Below the pieces are notes generated by a model. The model was not told where the DNA came from, did no database searches, and saw only the letters and a list, made by a program, of their open reading frames with translations. DNA of 64,000 nt, taken from NCBI GenBank assembly GCA_001563335.1, contig LRSL01000069.1, forward strand, positions 1 to 64,000, given 5' to 3'. This document shows positions 18,168-28,320 of the stretch, one piece after another. The stretch comes from Candidatus Thorarchaeota archaeon SMTZ1-45. Lineage in GTDB: Archaea > Asgardarchaeota > Thorarchaeia > Thorarchaeales > Thorarchaeaceae. Within the stretch, counting starts at the first letter, position 1. Every line of letters starts with the position of its first letter. Position numbers and translations under genes: made by a program.

Positions 18168-19358
18168 CTACTTCACCTTTCTGGCGAACTCAGCTCCGAA
18201 CTTGAGTGCCTGTTCGAGTTCATTAGAATCTGGGACCCATTTCGCTGTGAAAGGCTCCATGATTATATCCATCTTACCTTTCTCCATGGACTCCTGAATC
18301 TTCTTTACAGCTCCACCGCCCCATCCATAGGACCCAAAAGCTGCGCACTTCTTTCCAGCTGGTTTCAGCACTTCAAGGTCAGAGAGAACGGGAGCAACAG
18401 TGGGAAGAATGTCATTATGTAGAGTAGCACTTCCCACGAGAATTCCTCTGGCCTCCAACAGGTCAGCCATAATGTCGCTGCGGTCACTATGAGGAATGAG
18501 TTTCAATATAGGTTCCAAGCCCTCGCTATGTACTCCTTCTGCAATGGCACGCGCTATCTTTGTTGTACTGTCCCACATGGTGTCCCAAGTGATAATCACT
18601 TTATCTTGTAATCTCTCTCCCTTCGCCCACTCAAGGTATCTTGTGACAATTTGAAGTGGATTTTTGCGCCAAATTAGACCGTGTGAAGGAGCTATCATCT
18701 TGATTGGCAAGCCCAAAGCAACGACCTCCTCGATCTTTCTTTGGACCATCCTGCTTAATGGCCAGAGGATGTTGGCATAGTATTTCTCAGCCTCCCGCCA
18801 GAGGACATTTTGGTCAACCTGATCAGCAAAACGTTGTTCTGTAGCGTAATGTTGACCAAATGCATCATTTGGTAGTAAGAGCTGTTTTTCTACATAATAT
18901 GTGAACATGGATTCAGGCCAGTGAAGCATTGGCGCCTCATAGAACCGGAGAGTCTTTCCCCCCAAATCCAACTCATCTCCGGTTTTGACAGTATGAATGT
19001 CCCAGCCATCATTGTAGTGCTTCTTGAGTTGGTCAACAGCTTTTGTTGTACAGATTAATTGTGCATTTGGGGCTATCTTGAGAACTTCAGGGGTTGTACC
19101 TGAATGATCCATCTCTGTGTGGTTCGATATCATGAAATCGATTTTTGATGGGTCTACAACTTTTGATATTCTGGTTAGCATTTCATCTCTAAAAGGACTC
19201 ATCACGGTATCGACAAGAGCCACTTTTTTTCCGACTATCAAATATGCATTGTATGTGGTGCCATGGTGTGTTGTGTAGCTGTAGCCATGAAAGTGACGAA
19301 TACTAAAGTCCAGAGCGCCAACCCAGTAAACATCTTTTGTAATTTCAAGTGGTTTCAT
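18168..19358 (-). CDS. fprA: Flavodiiron protein (FprA-type, O2/NO reductase)
   Basis: GTTYNAYLI, NHTEMDH, LHWPESM, DAFGQH, APSHG, flavodoxin AFGSYGWGG. Confidence 0.95.
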   Translation of the reverse strand: MKPLEITKDVYWVGALDFSIRHFHGYSYTTHHGTTYNAYLIVGKKVALVDTVMSPFRDEMLTRISKVVDPSKIDFMISNHTEMDHSGTTPEVLKIAPNAQLICTTKAVDQLKKHYNDGWDIHTVKTGDELDLGGKTLRFYEAPMLHWPESMFTYYVEKQLLLPNDAFGQHYATEQRFADQVDQNVLWREAEKYYANILWPLSRMVQRKIEEVVALGLPIKMIAPSHGLIWRKNPLQIVTRYLEWAKGERLQDKVIITWDTMWDSTTKIARAIAEGVHSEGLEPILKLIPHSDRSDIMADLLEARGILVGSATLHNDILPTVAPVLSDLEVLKPAGKKCAAFGSYGWGGGAVKKIQESMEKGKMDIIMEPFTAKWVPDSNELEQALKFGAEFARKVK

Positions 19359-19449
19359 CAAATCTTCCTCAAGCTGGAAGATGTATTCTTAGTATAAAAG
19401 AAAGAAGGACCTTGCAAAACCACATCTTGATACGGTCTGTCTGAGTGTA

Positions 19450-19869
19450 TCAGGAATATCTATAATCATCAGACTCTATTTTGGTATCAACACGATAGTT
19501 CCAATCTGGGGACTCAGTATTGAAGCTCTGAAGACCCTGACTTCGATTCACCCATCGCCAGCAAGCCACTGTACCGACCATCTCGAGCTGGTACAGGTTA
19601 GCCTTAGTGGCACTGTATCGAACCTCAAGAAGTGTGCCTTCAGGAAGGCTATCAATGTCACCCACATCGAGTGATATCCGCCCATTACGATCTTTCTCAC
19701 CGCACTGGGATAGGAAATACCGAATCTCTCCACCATTCACAGGGTTCTTCAAAATCACAGCAACATGTGGTCGAGACACAGGGTCCCACCATCTGGGGAT
19801 ACCCGGGCGTCTGATCACATAATTAGCAACTGGTTCAATCCGGTTGTGCAGTTCCATCTGAATAGCCAT
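19450..19869 (-). CDS. Hypothetical protein
   Basis: ORF with GAGGAG SD before ATG 19869; no family recognised. Confidence 0.55.
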   Translation of the reverse strand: MAIQMELHNRIEPVANYVIRRPGIPRWWDPVSRPHVAVILKNPVNGGEIRYFLSQCGEKDRNGRISLDVGDIDSLPEGTLLEVRYSATKANLYQLEMVGTVACWRWVNRSQGLQSFNTESPDWNYRVDTKIESDDYRYS

Positions 19870-20100
19870 CCTCTCCTCGTGTATAATTCCATATTCTCTA
19901 TATAAGGTGGCATTGCGTATCACACCACCTCTAGCGTCTCATTCTGATGCATTCTAAGGTCACTCTAAACTGTTAGTAATACCTAGAACTGGAAAACGTT
20001 GCAGTGGAAGGAAAGGGAAGTAATTGCAAGAAATTGACTACTTAACAAATGGCCAGAACTGAAACATTGGCCGAGTGTAAATTCAACGACTAACCGTTTG

Positions 20101-20424
20101 TCATGTGTCCTCTTCTAGTTGAAGGCCAATCACTAGAGGTCGCCCCTCGTAGATTGATCTTGTCACCTTTTCTCTCGCACTCGCTAGCAGCCTCCAAATT
20201 GTTCCTCGTGAACATCCCATTTCGCGACCAGCCTGTTCTTGATACAAACCTTCCAGATCTACGAGGCGAAGCACCTCTGCTTCTGCTAAATCAATATGAA
20301 TTGGATCCATTGCACCCGAAGGCTCAGGAGTCATCTTCTCTGCTCTTGGTCTTCGACCTATTTTTGGTTGAATCGGGAACCTACCACGGCCACCTTTTCT
20401 TTTCCTATGCATTTCAATCCCCAT
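20101..20424 (-). CDS. DUF134 DNA-binding protein
   Basis: EAEVLRLVDLEGLYQEQAGREMGCSRGTIWRLLASAREK. Confidence 0.92.
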   Translation of the reverse strand: MGIEMHRKRKGGRGRFPIQPKIGRRPRAEKMTPEPSGAMDPIHIDLAEAEVLRLVDLEGLYQEQAGREMGCSRGTIWRLLASAREKVTRSIYEGRPLVIGLQLEEDT

Positions 20425-20592
20425 ATAGAATAGGGAGGAGGTTTCTTATTACCGTTTGTAGGCATTGAAATAAGCGTGTTTTAATTGTTCAAATGCGCAT
20501 TTCAGTGACTATTCAGTCTGAAACAGTGTCGTAGAGTGAAGCGTTTATCTCTTAGTAGTGATATAGGATGACTATCAGAGGAGAGCTTTGTC

Positions 20593-21810
20593 ATGGGATT
20601 TAGTGTCGGGATTGTGGGGAAACCCTCATGTGGTAAAACATCATTCACAAATGCAGCCTGCATGACTGATTTCAAAGTGGGAAGCTATCCTTTCACAACA
20701 ATTGAGGCAAATGTTGGGGTCACTCATGTTCGCACTAAGTGTGCATGTGCTGATTTTGAGGTGGAGGACAATCCTCAGAATTCAATATGCATAGATAGGG
20801 TGAGACTAGTTCCAATCAAGCTGATTGATGTTGCAGGACTTGTACCTGGGGCCCATGAAGGTCGTGGAATGGGAAATCAGTTTCTTGATGACCTCAGGCA
20901 GGCAGACGTCCTCATTCACATTGTTGATGCAAGCGGAGGACTAGATACAGAGGGACAAGAGGTCGCTGCAGGAAGTCATGACCCAATAGATGACGTGAAA
21001 TTTCTTGAGGAGGAGTTAACCGAGTGGATGCTTGGTATCATTCAGAAAGATTGGCGACGGATCACTGGTCGTGTCAGGTCTGAGGGCGCAAAGCTTGAAG
21101 ATTTGTTGCTTGAAAAACTATCAGGTCTGAAGATAACAAGAGGACAGATTTTGAGAGCAATAAGAGACTCAAACCTCAAGGCTGAAACTGTTGACAAATG
21201 GACTGAGGAAGAAACAAGAGAATTTGTGGGTACACTACGAAAAAATGCAAAACCCATAATCATTGCAGCCAACAAGATTGACAGACCAAATGCTGACATT
21301 AATCTCAAACGCTTACAAGACGAGTTTCCAGACTATCTTGTGGTCCCTGTAAGCGCTCTTACAGAGAAGGTACTGAAAGACCTCGACAAGAAGGGTGTGA
21401 TTAAGTACATACCTGGTGATAATGACTTTGAGATTCTTAGCCCCGGGAGCTTGAAGGAGTCTGAGCTTGAGCAACTAGAGAAAATTAGGGAGCATATACT
21501 GAGAAAGTATGGAGGATCAGGAGTACAAAACCTGCTAAATCGAGCTGTGTTTGATTACCTGAATATGATTACTGTTTATCCAGTTCATGATGCAAATTCA
21601 CTTACCGATAGCGATGGTAATGTGCTTCCTGATGTGTATCTTGTTCCAAAAGGCACAACAGCAAAGGAGTTTGCAGGACATATTCACACAGATCTGATGA
21701 AGTCTTTCATTCACGGAATAGATGCTCGAACAAAGATGAGAATAAGCGACAAGCATGAGCTTAAGGACAGAGATGTCATTAAGATTGTGAGTGCTAAGGG
21801 CTCTAAATGA
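20593..21810 (+). CDS. ychF: Obg-family YchF-like ATPase/GTPase with TGS domain
   Basis: GKPSCGKT, YPFTTI, DVAGLVPGAHEGRGMGNQFLDDLR, NKID, C-terminal TGS. Confidence 0.93.
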   Translation: MGFSVGIVGKPSCGKTSFTNAACMTDFKVGSYPFTTIEANVGVTHVRTKCACADFEVEDNPQNSICIDRVRLVPIKLIDVAGLVPGAHEGRGMGNQFLDDLRQADVLIHIVDASGGLDTEGQEVAAGSHDPIDDVKFLEEELTEWMLGIIQKDWRRITGRVRSEGAKLEDLLLEKLSGLKITRGQILRAIRDSNLKAETVDKWTEEETREFVGTLRKNAKPIIIAANKIDRPNADINLKRLQDEFPDYLVVPVSALTEKVLKDLDKKGVIKYIPGDNDFEILSPGSLKESELEQLEKIREHILRKYGGSGVQNLLNRAVFDYLNMITVYPVHDANSLTDSDGNVLPDVYLVPKGTTAKEFAGHIHTDLMKSFIHGIDARTKMRISDKHELKDRDVIKIVSAKGSK

Positions 21811-22013
21811 CTTTTCAATAGAAGTTCAGACTGAAGAATATCTGTACTTCTCGAACCAATATATACTCGCCAAAACACTGTGGTTCAAAACAGATGTATT
21901 GATTTTTAATTGTCATGCGATTGGTTCTATCCAAGCTATGCAGACTCAGTGTGCACTCTCAGGTGTCAGCTGGATTATATTTTAGAAGGTAATGATATAA
22001 TGGGTGACAAGCT

Positions 22014-22439
22014 GTGGAGATCTTCACAACTCTTGATGATGCAAAAGATGCTGGCAGTTTCCTAGCCAAGTGTGGCCACTTCCCCACTATTTACAAACGC
22101 CGTTATCATGAATATATTCTCGTTAGCGAGGGAGAGTGGCCTCCGAAAAAGTCATGGCCATTTCTGAAGTGGGATGGAGAAGATTGGGTTCCAGTACTTG
22201 CACGGTTGGTAACATTAGAAATGGCTTGGGAAGCTACTGGATTATTCGTTTTGTTAGGACACGACCCAATAGTTGTAGAATTTCCAGGAATTACTTTTGA
22301 CATCTTCTTGAGGGAGTCGCACGTACCTACAGGTGCTTGGATTGTCAGAGAGTCTGACCCTTGCTATTCAGTGAAGTGCACCAAAGCTCCAAGAAAAACT
22401 GATGATAAAGAAACTTTCGAGATTCCACCTCAACAATAG
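22014..22439 (+). CDS. Hypothetical protein with internal duplication
   Basis: TLDDAKDA...GHFPTI repeated as TLEMAWEA...GHDPIV. Confidence 0.6.
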   Translation: MEIFTTLDDAKDAGSFLAKCGHFPTIYKRRYHEYILVSEGEWPPKKSWPFLKWDGEDWVPVLARLVTLEMAWEATGLFVLLGHDPIVVEFPGITFDIFLRESHVPTGAWIVRESDPCYSVKCTKAPRKTDDKETFEIPPQQ

Positions 22440-22453
22440 GTCATATGGATAGG

Positions 22454-22990
22454 CTAAGAGATTCGTTTTCCAAGAGCCCAGTATTGTCCATTCAATGGTA
22501 GATATGTAAACAGAGTGGTCTTTGATGGATCAAAGCGGCCTTTCTCATCAAGCTTTGATTCGTCAATATGCACTGCGACTACTTCTGCTATAAAGAGGTC
22601 ATGGGCACCCAACGGAATGATCTGTGTGGTCTTACACTCGATGTTTATTGGACACTCCTTGATCATTGGTGCATTGACTTTAGTAGCGGGTTCAGGGGTG
22701 AACTCGCCCTCTGAAAACTTGTCATAGTCACGACCAGATTTAGTCCCAGCAAATTCAGTACCCTTAATCTGCTCAGAGGAGGGAATATTCAGCACAAACT
22801 CCCCTGCTTCCTTGACAAGATTATAGCTGTAACGCTCGGGTCTAATTCCAGCAACTATTGTAGGGGGTTTGCTGCAAACATTTGCAACCCAAGAGAGAGT
22901 GATGATGTTAGGTCTATCTTTTCCAGCCACAGTCAGGAGTACCACAGGACAGGGAACCAGTGCAGTTCCGGGATTCATTTGTCGTTTCAT
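22454..22990 (-). CDS. Flavin reductase-like (flavoredoxin) protein
   Basis: PCPVVLLT, NIITLSW, EFVLNIP, SGRDYDKF, ECPINIEC, GAHDLFIAEV. Confidence 0.92.
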   Translation of the reverse strand: MKRQMNPGTALVPCPVVLLTVAGKDRPNIITLSWVANVCSKPPTIVAGIRPERYSYNLVKEAGEFVLNIPSSEQIKGTEFAGTKSGRDYDKFSEGEFTPEPATKVNAPMIKECPINIECKTTQIIPLGAHDLFIAEVVAVHIDESKLDEKGRFDPSKTTLFTYLPLNGQYWALGKRIS

Positions 22991-23091
22991 ACGAGGACAA
23001 TGCATCAACAGGGTTAAGAAAATGTCGGAGCCGTTTGATTTAAGTCCAAGTTAGAAATTGCAGAGCTCAGAACATCTAGAGGGACGTTTTC

Positions 23092-24003
23092 ATGGGACGT
23101 GTACTTGTAGCAGATCCGATTGAAGAGTCAGCAATGGCTAGAATAAAGGCGGCTGGACTCGAAGTAGTAGTGCGGGATAAGGACGCTGATGGACCAATTA
23201 AAGACCAGATTAAAGGCTTTGATTGTGTTGTTGTTAGGAGTGCCACAAAAATTACTAGAGAAGTCATTGAGGCTGCAGACAGTCTAAAGCTAATTGTCAG
23301 GGCTGGTGTTGGGCTTGATAATGTTGACAGAGAGGCAGCTGAAGCGCGTGGAATTGAAGTGCAGAATACTCCTGAAGCTCCAACTGTTTCTGTGGCAGAA
23401 ATGGTTTTTGCTATGATGTTTACAATGGCTCGAAATATCTCTCAAGCGGATAGCTCTATGAAAGGAGAACGTTGGGAAAAGAAGAAGCTTGAAGGTACTG
23501 AGCTTTGGAAGAAGACTCTGGGAGTAGTTGGCTTAGGCAGGATTGGATATGAAGTTGCAAAGAGAGCTAAGGCACTTGAAATGGAAGTCTTGGCTTATGA
23601 TGTGATAGATATTGATAAGCCATGCAAGAAGATTGGTGCGAGGAAAACCAATCTTAATGATCTACTCAAAAACTCGGACTATATCTCTCTTCATGTACCA
23701 CTTCTTCCCCAGACAAGGGGGATGATTAGTACTAACGAGTTCGCCATTATGAAGAAAACAGCTTTCCTTGTCAATACAGCGCGAGGTGGTGTGGTGGATG
23801 AAAAAGCCCTCCTCAAAGCCCTCGAAGAGGAACAGATTGCTGGTGCAGCCTTGGACGTCTTTGAGAATGAACCACCTCTTGAATGGGAACTTGTTAGGCA
23901 TCCACGTCTCGTCGCAACTCCACATCTGGCATCTTCAACAAAAGAGGCTCAAGAACGGGTTGGAGAATTGACAGCAGACAAGGTCATAGAGGGATTGAAA
24001 TAG
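23092..24003 (+). CDS. D-isomer 2-hydroxyacid dehydrogenase (SerA-like, no ACT domain)
   Basis: RAGVGLDNVD, GLGRIG, NTARGGVVDE, AALDVFENEP, TPHLASST. Confidence 0.9.
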   Translation: MGRVLVADPIEESAMARIKAAGLEVVVRDKDADGPIKDQIKGFDCVVVRSATKITREVIEAADSLKLIVRAGVGLDNVDREAAEARGIEVQNTPEAPTVSVAEMVFAMMFTMARNISQADSSMKGERWEKKKLEGTELWKKTLGVVGLGRIGYEVAKRAKALEMEVLAYDVIDIDKPCKKIGARKTNLNDLLKNSDYISLHVPLLPQTRGMISTNEFAIMKKTAFLVNTARGGVVDEKALLKALEEEQIAGAALDVFENEPPLEWELVRHPRLVATPHLASSTKEAQERVGELTADKVIEGLK

Positions 24004-24083
24004 TCAAATAGAGCCAGAGCGTTACACCTTTAAGCAAATAGCTTAGGTGACCTCTAGGCTCAGATCTATATTCTAGAGTCCTA

Positions 24084-24177
24084 CCATTTCCTTTGTGTTG
24101 GCGGATACGTCCGCACGGGATGTGGCCCATAGAGGCTGAACCACAAACAAAGTGAATATAGTTACAGCAAAGGATGG
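24084..24177 (+). ncRNA. Structured 5' leader of rpl15e (candidate r-protein leader)
   Basis: GCGGA-TACG-TCCGC hairpin, TGTGG/CCACA, CTTTGT/ACAAAG and alternative CCAT..CCTTTG/CAAAGG.ATGG stems. Confidence 0.45.
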
Positions 24178-24186
24178 GAAAACACA

Positions 24187-24771
24187 ATGCCAACGGCATA
24201 TCAACATATGAATGAAACTTGGTTAAAGGAACAGAAAGAGCGTTCTGACCTGATAAAAGGCAGGCTTATTGTCTGGAGAAAACAGGGCAATATCGTGAAG
24301 CTTGAACGTCCTTCTCGTCTAGGGAGAGCACGGTCCCTTGGCTATAAGGCAAAACAGGGATATGTGGTGGTCCGAATAAAAACTGGTCGTGGTCCTCGCG
24401 AGAAACCAAGACCTAGAATGGGACGTAAGCCTAGAAGTTTAGGTGTCGTAAAGTATACGCCACAGAAATCACGGCGGTGGATTGCTGAGGAGCGTGCTGG
24501 AAGAAAATTCCCCAATCTCAGAGTCTTGAACTCATATTGGGTTGGGTCAGACCACAAGTGGGTCTGGCATGAGGTCATCCTAGTCGATCCGAATCATCCA
24601 GTAATCTATAATGATCCAAATATCAACTGGATATGTGACCCTGTACAGAGAGGTAGAGAGAACAGAGGGCTCACATCTGCAGGAAAAAGGAGCAGAGGTC
24701 TACGGAAGAAGGGACGAGGTGCTGAGAAGATGAGACCATCTCTTGGTGCCAAAGGCAATCTTGGTAAGTAG
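24187..24771 (+). CDS. rpl15e: 50S ribosomal protein L15e
   Basis: ARSLGYKAKQG, IAEERAGRKFPNLRVLNSYWVG, EVILVDP, RGLTSAG. Confidence 0.97.
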   Translation: MPTAYQHMNETWLKEQKERSDLIKGRLIVWRKQGNIVKLERPSRLGRARSLGYKAKQGYVVVRIKTGRGPREKPRPRMGRKPRSLGVVKYTPQKSRRWIAEERAGRKFPNLRVLNSYWVGSDHKWVWHEVILVDPNHPVIYNDPNINWICDPVQRGRENRGLTSAGKRSRGLRKKGRGAEKMRPSLGAKGNLGK

Positions 24772-24801
24772 ACAAAACTCCCTGATTTAGGGGGGTATAT
24801 C

Positions 24802-25266
24802 GTGTCGTTCGTGGCGCTTGTCGAAACTCGAGCATACTCCCGAGCAACAGAAGTATCAGACAGAGTTGTTTCAGCGATTTTGAATCTCCATCCTGAGAAG
24901 TTTCGTCACCTTGTGGAGCTTGGAAGGACAAAGGCAGAGGGATATTCAGGTAATGAGATTATAATCATAGAGTCTATGCTGAAAGACAAGGCAGGTTGCG
25001 AGGCCACTCTAGATTACATCTTTGGAAGGTTGGATGAGAGGGACAGGGAGCGTCTTCTTAACTCGTTATCACGCAGGATTGATGAGCATTGTCTTTTCTT
25101 CATTAGGATTGATAAGCAGGCTGCTTTCTTGGATGATATTGTGTTAGCAAAAGGACCTGATGTTATTAGCGTCCAAATACATATCCGACAATATCCGAGA
25201 TGTAGGCAGGAGAGTGCTATAGCTATGTTAGAAGACCGTCTTCGTGCAACTGGTGGTGACGAATAG
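24802..25266 (+). CDS. Archaeal RNA-binding domain protein of the rpl15e-RNase P cluster
   Basis: ATE...V...G..GN.I and FFIRIDKQAA motifs; conserved context. Confidence 0.8.
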   Translation: MSFVALVETRAYSRATEVSDRVVSAILNLHPEKFRHLVELGRTKAEGYSGNEIIIIESMLKDKAGCEATLDYIFGRLDERDRERLLNSLSRRIDEHCLFFIRIDKQAAFLDDIVLAKGPDVISVQIHIRQYPRCRQESAIAMLEDRLRATGGDE

Positions 25267-25955
25267 TGGTTATTGACATAGGGGTGTATGGTTCAGACCA
25301 AAAAAGTCTAGATTCATTCGTTGAGATGGCACGAAAACTGGGTTTCACAGGTTTTGCAACTCACAATGTTGAGGGCGGGCCTGATCAGCAGCTACAAGAT
25401 GGTTTCTCTATTCTGAAGAGAGTGGATTTCTCCGTAAGAGGCGTGAAAGCGCTAAGAAAACAGGTTGACAGTATTCGAAAACATGTAATGATTGTATCAG
25501 TCAAACTTGCATCAGTTGAAACAGCAAACTGGGCAGCTGGGGACCAAAGAGTGGACTTACTCGTGCTTGATCCATCGAAAGAGAAGAAGTTTCGTCAAAC
25601 AACAGCACGTCTTGCGGCGTCTTCTAATACTGCACTTGAAGTCAAATTTGAGCCATTGCTACACATGGTTGGACTAAATCGTTCAAAAGTAATCAAGAGT
25701 TACAGAGAATCAATACGGACTGCAATTGATGCAGGGATGCAGGTCATTCTCTCTAGTGGCGCTAAAAATCCCCTACATATGCGATCACCTATGGCAATGC
25801 GATTCATAGGTGAATTGCTTGGTATGGAGGCAAAATATGCGGAGAATGCAATCATGCATAAACCAATAGAAATGATTGAGCGAAATCGCGAGAGATTCGC
25901 TTCGAATCATGTAGTGGAAGGACTAAAGATACTCCGAAAGGAGGATGAAAAGTGA
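25266..25955 (+). CDS. rnp3: Ribonuclease P subunit Rpp30
   Basis: RVDLL...ALEV.F..L...ILSSGA....MRSP motifs; context. Confidence 0.88.
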   Translation: MVIDIGVYGSDQKSLDSFVEMARKLGFTGFATHNVEGGPDQQLQDGFSILKRVDFSVRGVKALRKQVDSIRKHVMIVSVKLASVETANWAAGDQRVDLLVLDPSKEKKFRQTTARLAASSNTALEVKFEPLLHMVGLNRSKVIKSYRESIRTAIDAGMQVILSSGAKNPLHMRSPMAMRFIGELLGMEAKYAENAIMHKPIEMIERNRERFASNHVVEGLKILRKEDEK

Positions 25956-26260
25956 AAAAAAATCGTAGGCGATATTTGTCATTTCATCTCCATTCGGATG
26001 AGTCTACATTGGACAATAAGCAGATTGGAATGGCCATTTGGCAGAGTTTACTTTCCCTCTACGGTGAAGTGTCGGCGGCTGATTCGAAACTTTATCTTGT
26101 TGAATTTGATGAGAGAACAGGAACAGGGATTCTGCAGTGCACGTCTTCATCACTAAGCAAAGTGATTACTGCAGCTGTCTTGATTAGCACTATTGGAAAT
26201 AACTTGGTTTCATTCGAACCTGAGAAGACCTCTGGCACTATCAGGGGGCTCAAAAAATAG
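25952..26260 (+). CDS. rnp2: Ribonuclease P subunit Pop5/Rpp14
   Basis: RRRYLSF...LYGE...GILQC...TSGTIR. Confidence 0.88.
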   Translation: MKKNRRRYLSFHLHSDESTLDNKQIGMAIWQSLLSLYGEVSAADSKLYLVEFDERTGTGILQCTSSSLSKVITAAVLISTIGNNLVSFEPEKTSGTIRGLKK

Positions 26261-26267
26261 TATTTTA

Positions 26268-26687
26268 TCAGATTAAACACAAGTCTACTTCTTTGATCTG
26301 CTGGTCCTCCATCAGATAGGCCTTACTCAACCAGTTTCCAGACTCTTTTGAAGCGATGAGCCAAACAACATCATTGAGTTTCATATTTTGCTCATCCCTG
26401 ATGGAAGGGACTGGTGGTGCGGGATGAGAATGGAATATCCCGACAAGTTCCTCATCCTGTTTCTCTGCTTCAACTAAGAGGCGATATTGTTCTTCAGGAT
26501 TTACCATAAATGAGGTTGTACTGGATGATGCTTCATTTTGCATTAGTTCAATACGATTGACAATGAATGATTGTTCTACTATTCTTCCAAAAAGAAGTGC
26601 TACAGCTTCTAAAGGAAAACTGGTTTCAGCATGATTGTGAAGAAGATCAAGATGTTTGATAGAGAGATGCAGCATATACTGCATCAC
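26268..26687 (-). CDS. JAMM/MPN+ (Mov34) metalloprotease
   Basis: PLEAVALLFG ... FHSHPAPPVPSIRD JAMM motif. Confidence 0.93.
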   Translation of the reverse strand: MMQYMLHLSIKHLDLLHNHAETSFPLEAVALLFGRIVEQSFIVNRIELMQNEASSSTTSFMVNPEEQYRLLVEAEKQDEELVGIFHSHPAPPVPSIRDEQNMKLNDVVWLIASKESGNWLSKAYLMEDQQIKEVDLCLI

Positions 26688-26702
26688 GAAACCTCCTGGA
26701 AT

Positions 26703-27140
26703 CTAAAATGCAGACTTGATTTCCTCAAGTACAATACAGGTTTCGGTATCACCAACACCTGGTATTCGCCCGAGGCGAGTTTCAAGAAATGCCTTTAGTT
26801 CAGTGAGATCATCTACAGTCACCATAATCATCAGACCACAAGCTCCGTCTAGAAAATAAGCCTCGTTGACTTCATGGAATTCTCTGAGTTTCTTGGAAAT
26901 CAGTGCTGCTTCTTTCATCGCTGTTTTGACTCGAATAACCGCACGTATCTTGCGTCCAATTTTTAGAGGGTCCAATACCACTGTGAACCTTTTAATATAT
27001 CCTTCATCGATGAGCCTTTTTACGCGTCGTCGAATGGTGACTTCAGTCCTTCCTACAGCATCCGCAATCTCACTGAAAGATCGTCTACCATCAATCTGAA
27101 GCATTGATATTATCTGAGAATCGATGTCATCGAGACGCAT
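26703..27140 (-). CDS. Lrp/AsnC family transcriptional regulator
   Basis: LDDIDSQIISMLQIDGRRSFSEIA...RRVKRL...GYIKRFT. Confidence 0.95.
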   Translation of the reverse strand: MRLDDIDSQIISMLQIDGRRSFSEIADAVGRTEVTIRRRVKRLIDEGYIKRFTVVLDPLKIGRKIRAVIRVKTAMKEAALISKKLREFHEVNEAYFLDGACGLMIMVTVDDLTELKAFLETRLGRIPGVGDTETCIVLEEIKSAF

Positions 27141-27272
27141 TCCCGTTGCCTCTTCTTTTTAGTCCTTTATGAAACGCGACGAGTGTTCGATTTCGTACAT
27201 ATATATTAGCTGTTGTGTGTGAACTCGTTAGACACTTGTTTGAGAAAGTTCGAGGTACCACATAAATTATGC

Positions 27273-28091
27273 CTAAAGTACACGAAGCTCTTCCTTTATT
27301 ATCGTGTCTTCTCTGGGGGACATGATAGCATAGAGTTCTATATGATCAATCAGGGATTTGGCATTACGGATTTTTTCTTCAAGAAGTTCCTGTATCTGAA
27401 AGATTCCAGACGCATTGTTCATAGTCACTTCGATTCGGACTGTTTTCTGTTCGCCTTTTCGAATTCTCACGTTTTCAATAGCGAGAGCACTGGTACTGTG
27501 TATATTGACTCTTCCAGCCTCAAATGGTATTCTTGCTCGACCCTTTGTCATATCTAATGCATCAGCGATACCTACTACACCAGCCTCTACAGTTAAGGGC
27601 ATAGCCACTCGGTCATGGCAATATATCGCATGTAGAATGTGATTTCTGATGTGGATTTGTTTGTGTCTGTCACTCGGATACACCTTGACTAGGATTCTAT
27701 CAATAATTGGGAGTGCCAACACTACTGAGAACTCATCGTGATTTGTACGACCAACCACCATACCTATGTCATGAAGATAGCAGCCGAGCATAACCACAAG
27801 TTCAGAGTCGTTGGCATCGCCTGTTTCCTCCTGGACTATTGTTGGTTGGAGACCTTTGATCAATTGCCTAAACAGACGTACTCCGTTCATCGTTACAATC
27901 AATGAGTGTGTATGACCGTGGTCTGAGTATCCCATCCGGTCTATCGCCATGCGATTACTATCTTCAAGCATGGTTTGAACTTCGATATCATTCTCCAGTT
28001 GTTCAAATGCAATTTGACAGAGCTTGTTTGTCTTGAGTATTCTACGTACTCTGTCCTTGAGTGTACTACGTTGTTTTGGGCTCTTTTTCAT
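27273..28091 (-). CDS. HD-domain phosphohydrolase
   Basis: GYSDHGHTH, YLHDIG, ADALDMTKGRARIPF. Confidence 0.92.
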   Translation of the reverse strand: MKKSPKQRSTLKDRVRRILKTNKLCQIAFEQLENDIEVQTMLEDSNRMAIDRMGYSDHGHTHSLIVTMNGVRLFRQLIKGLQPTIVQEETGDANDSELVVMLGCYLHDIGMVVGRTNHDEFSVVLALPIIDRILVKVYPSDRHKQIHIRNHILHAIYCHDRVAMPLTVEAGVVGIADALDMTKGRARIPFEAGRVNIHSTSALAIENVRIRKGEQKTVRIEVTMNNASGIFQIQELLEEKIRNAKSLIDHIELYAIMSPREDTIIKEELRVL

Positions 28092-28320
28092 TCCTTTACG
28101 CCCCTTCTTTCATTTTCTCTGTTCAGTTCTGACTAATGCTAATTCAGTAATAAATGAGATACTGGTTGCAACTCAAATCAGTAGGCGTGTGTTTAATTCC
28201 CCTCGACCTACTCTATAACTGATGAGCTTGTTCAGATTGTTTCTTTTCTATACATTTTTGATGGACTAATGAATATGAACTGATTGAATGTGGCAGGTCT
28301 AAGTCCAAGCGAGCTGTTAG

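Noticed and set aside
19985-20070. ORB-like GTTGCAGTGGAAGGAAAGGG and repeated AGAACTG(G)AAA
   Set aside because: Single mismatched box, no initiator gene nearby and no clear unwinding element.
20466-20504. TGAAAT...ATTTCA inverted repeat upstream of DUF134
   Set aside because: Short arms with a long spacer; not distinguishable from chance without orthologs.
21831-21905. K-turn/SECIS-like stem downstream of ychF, which ends in TGA
   Set aside because: Apical loop too long, no AA motif, and read-through meets another TGA after 7 codons with no plausible Sec context.
28219-28283. TGATGA...CTGA as a C/D box sRNA or hammerhead core
   Set aside because: Internal D'/C' boxes and guide spacing do not fit, and no GAAA or stems for a hammerhead.
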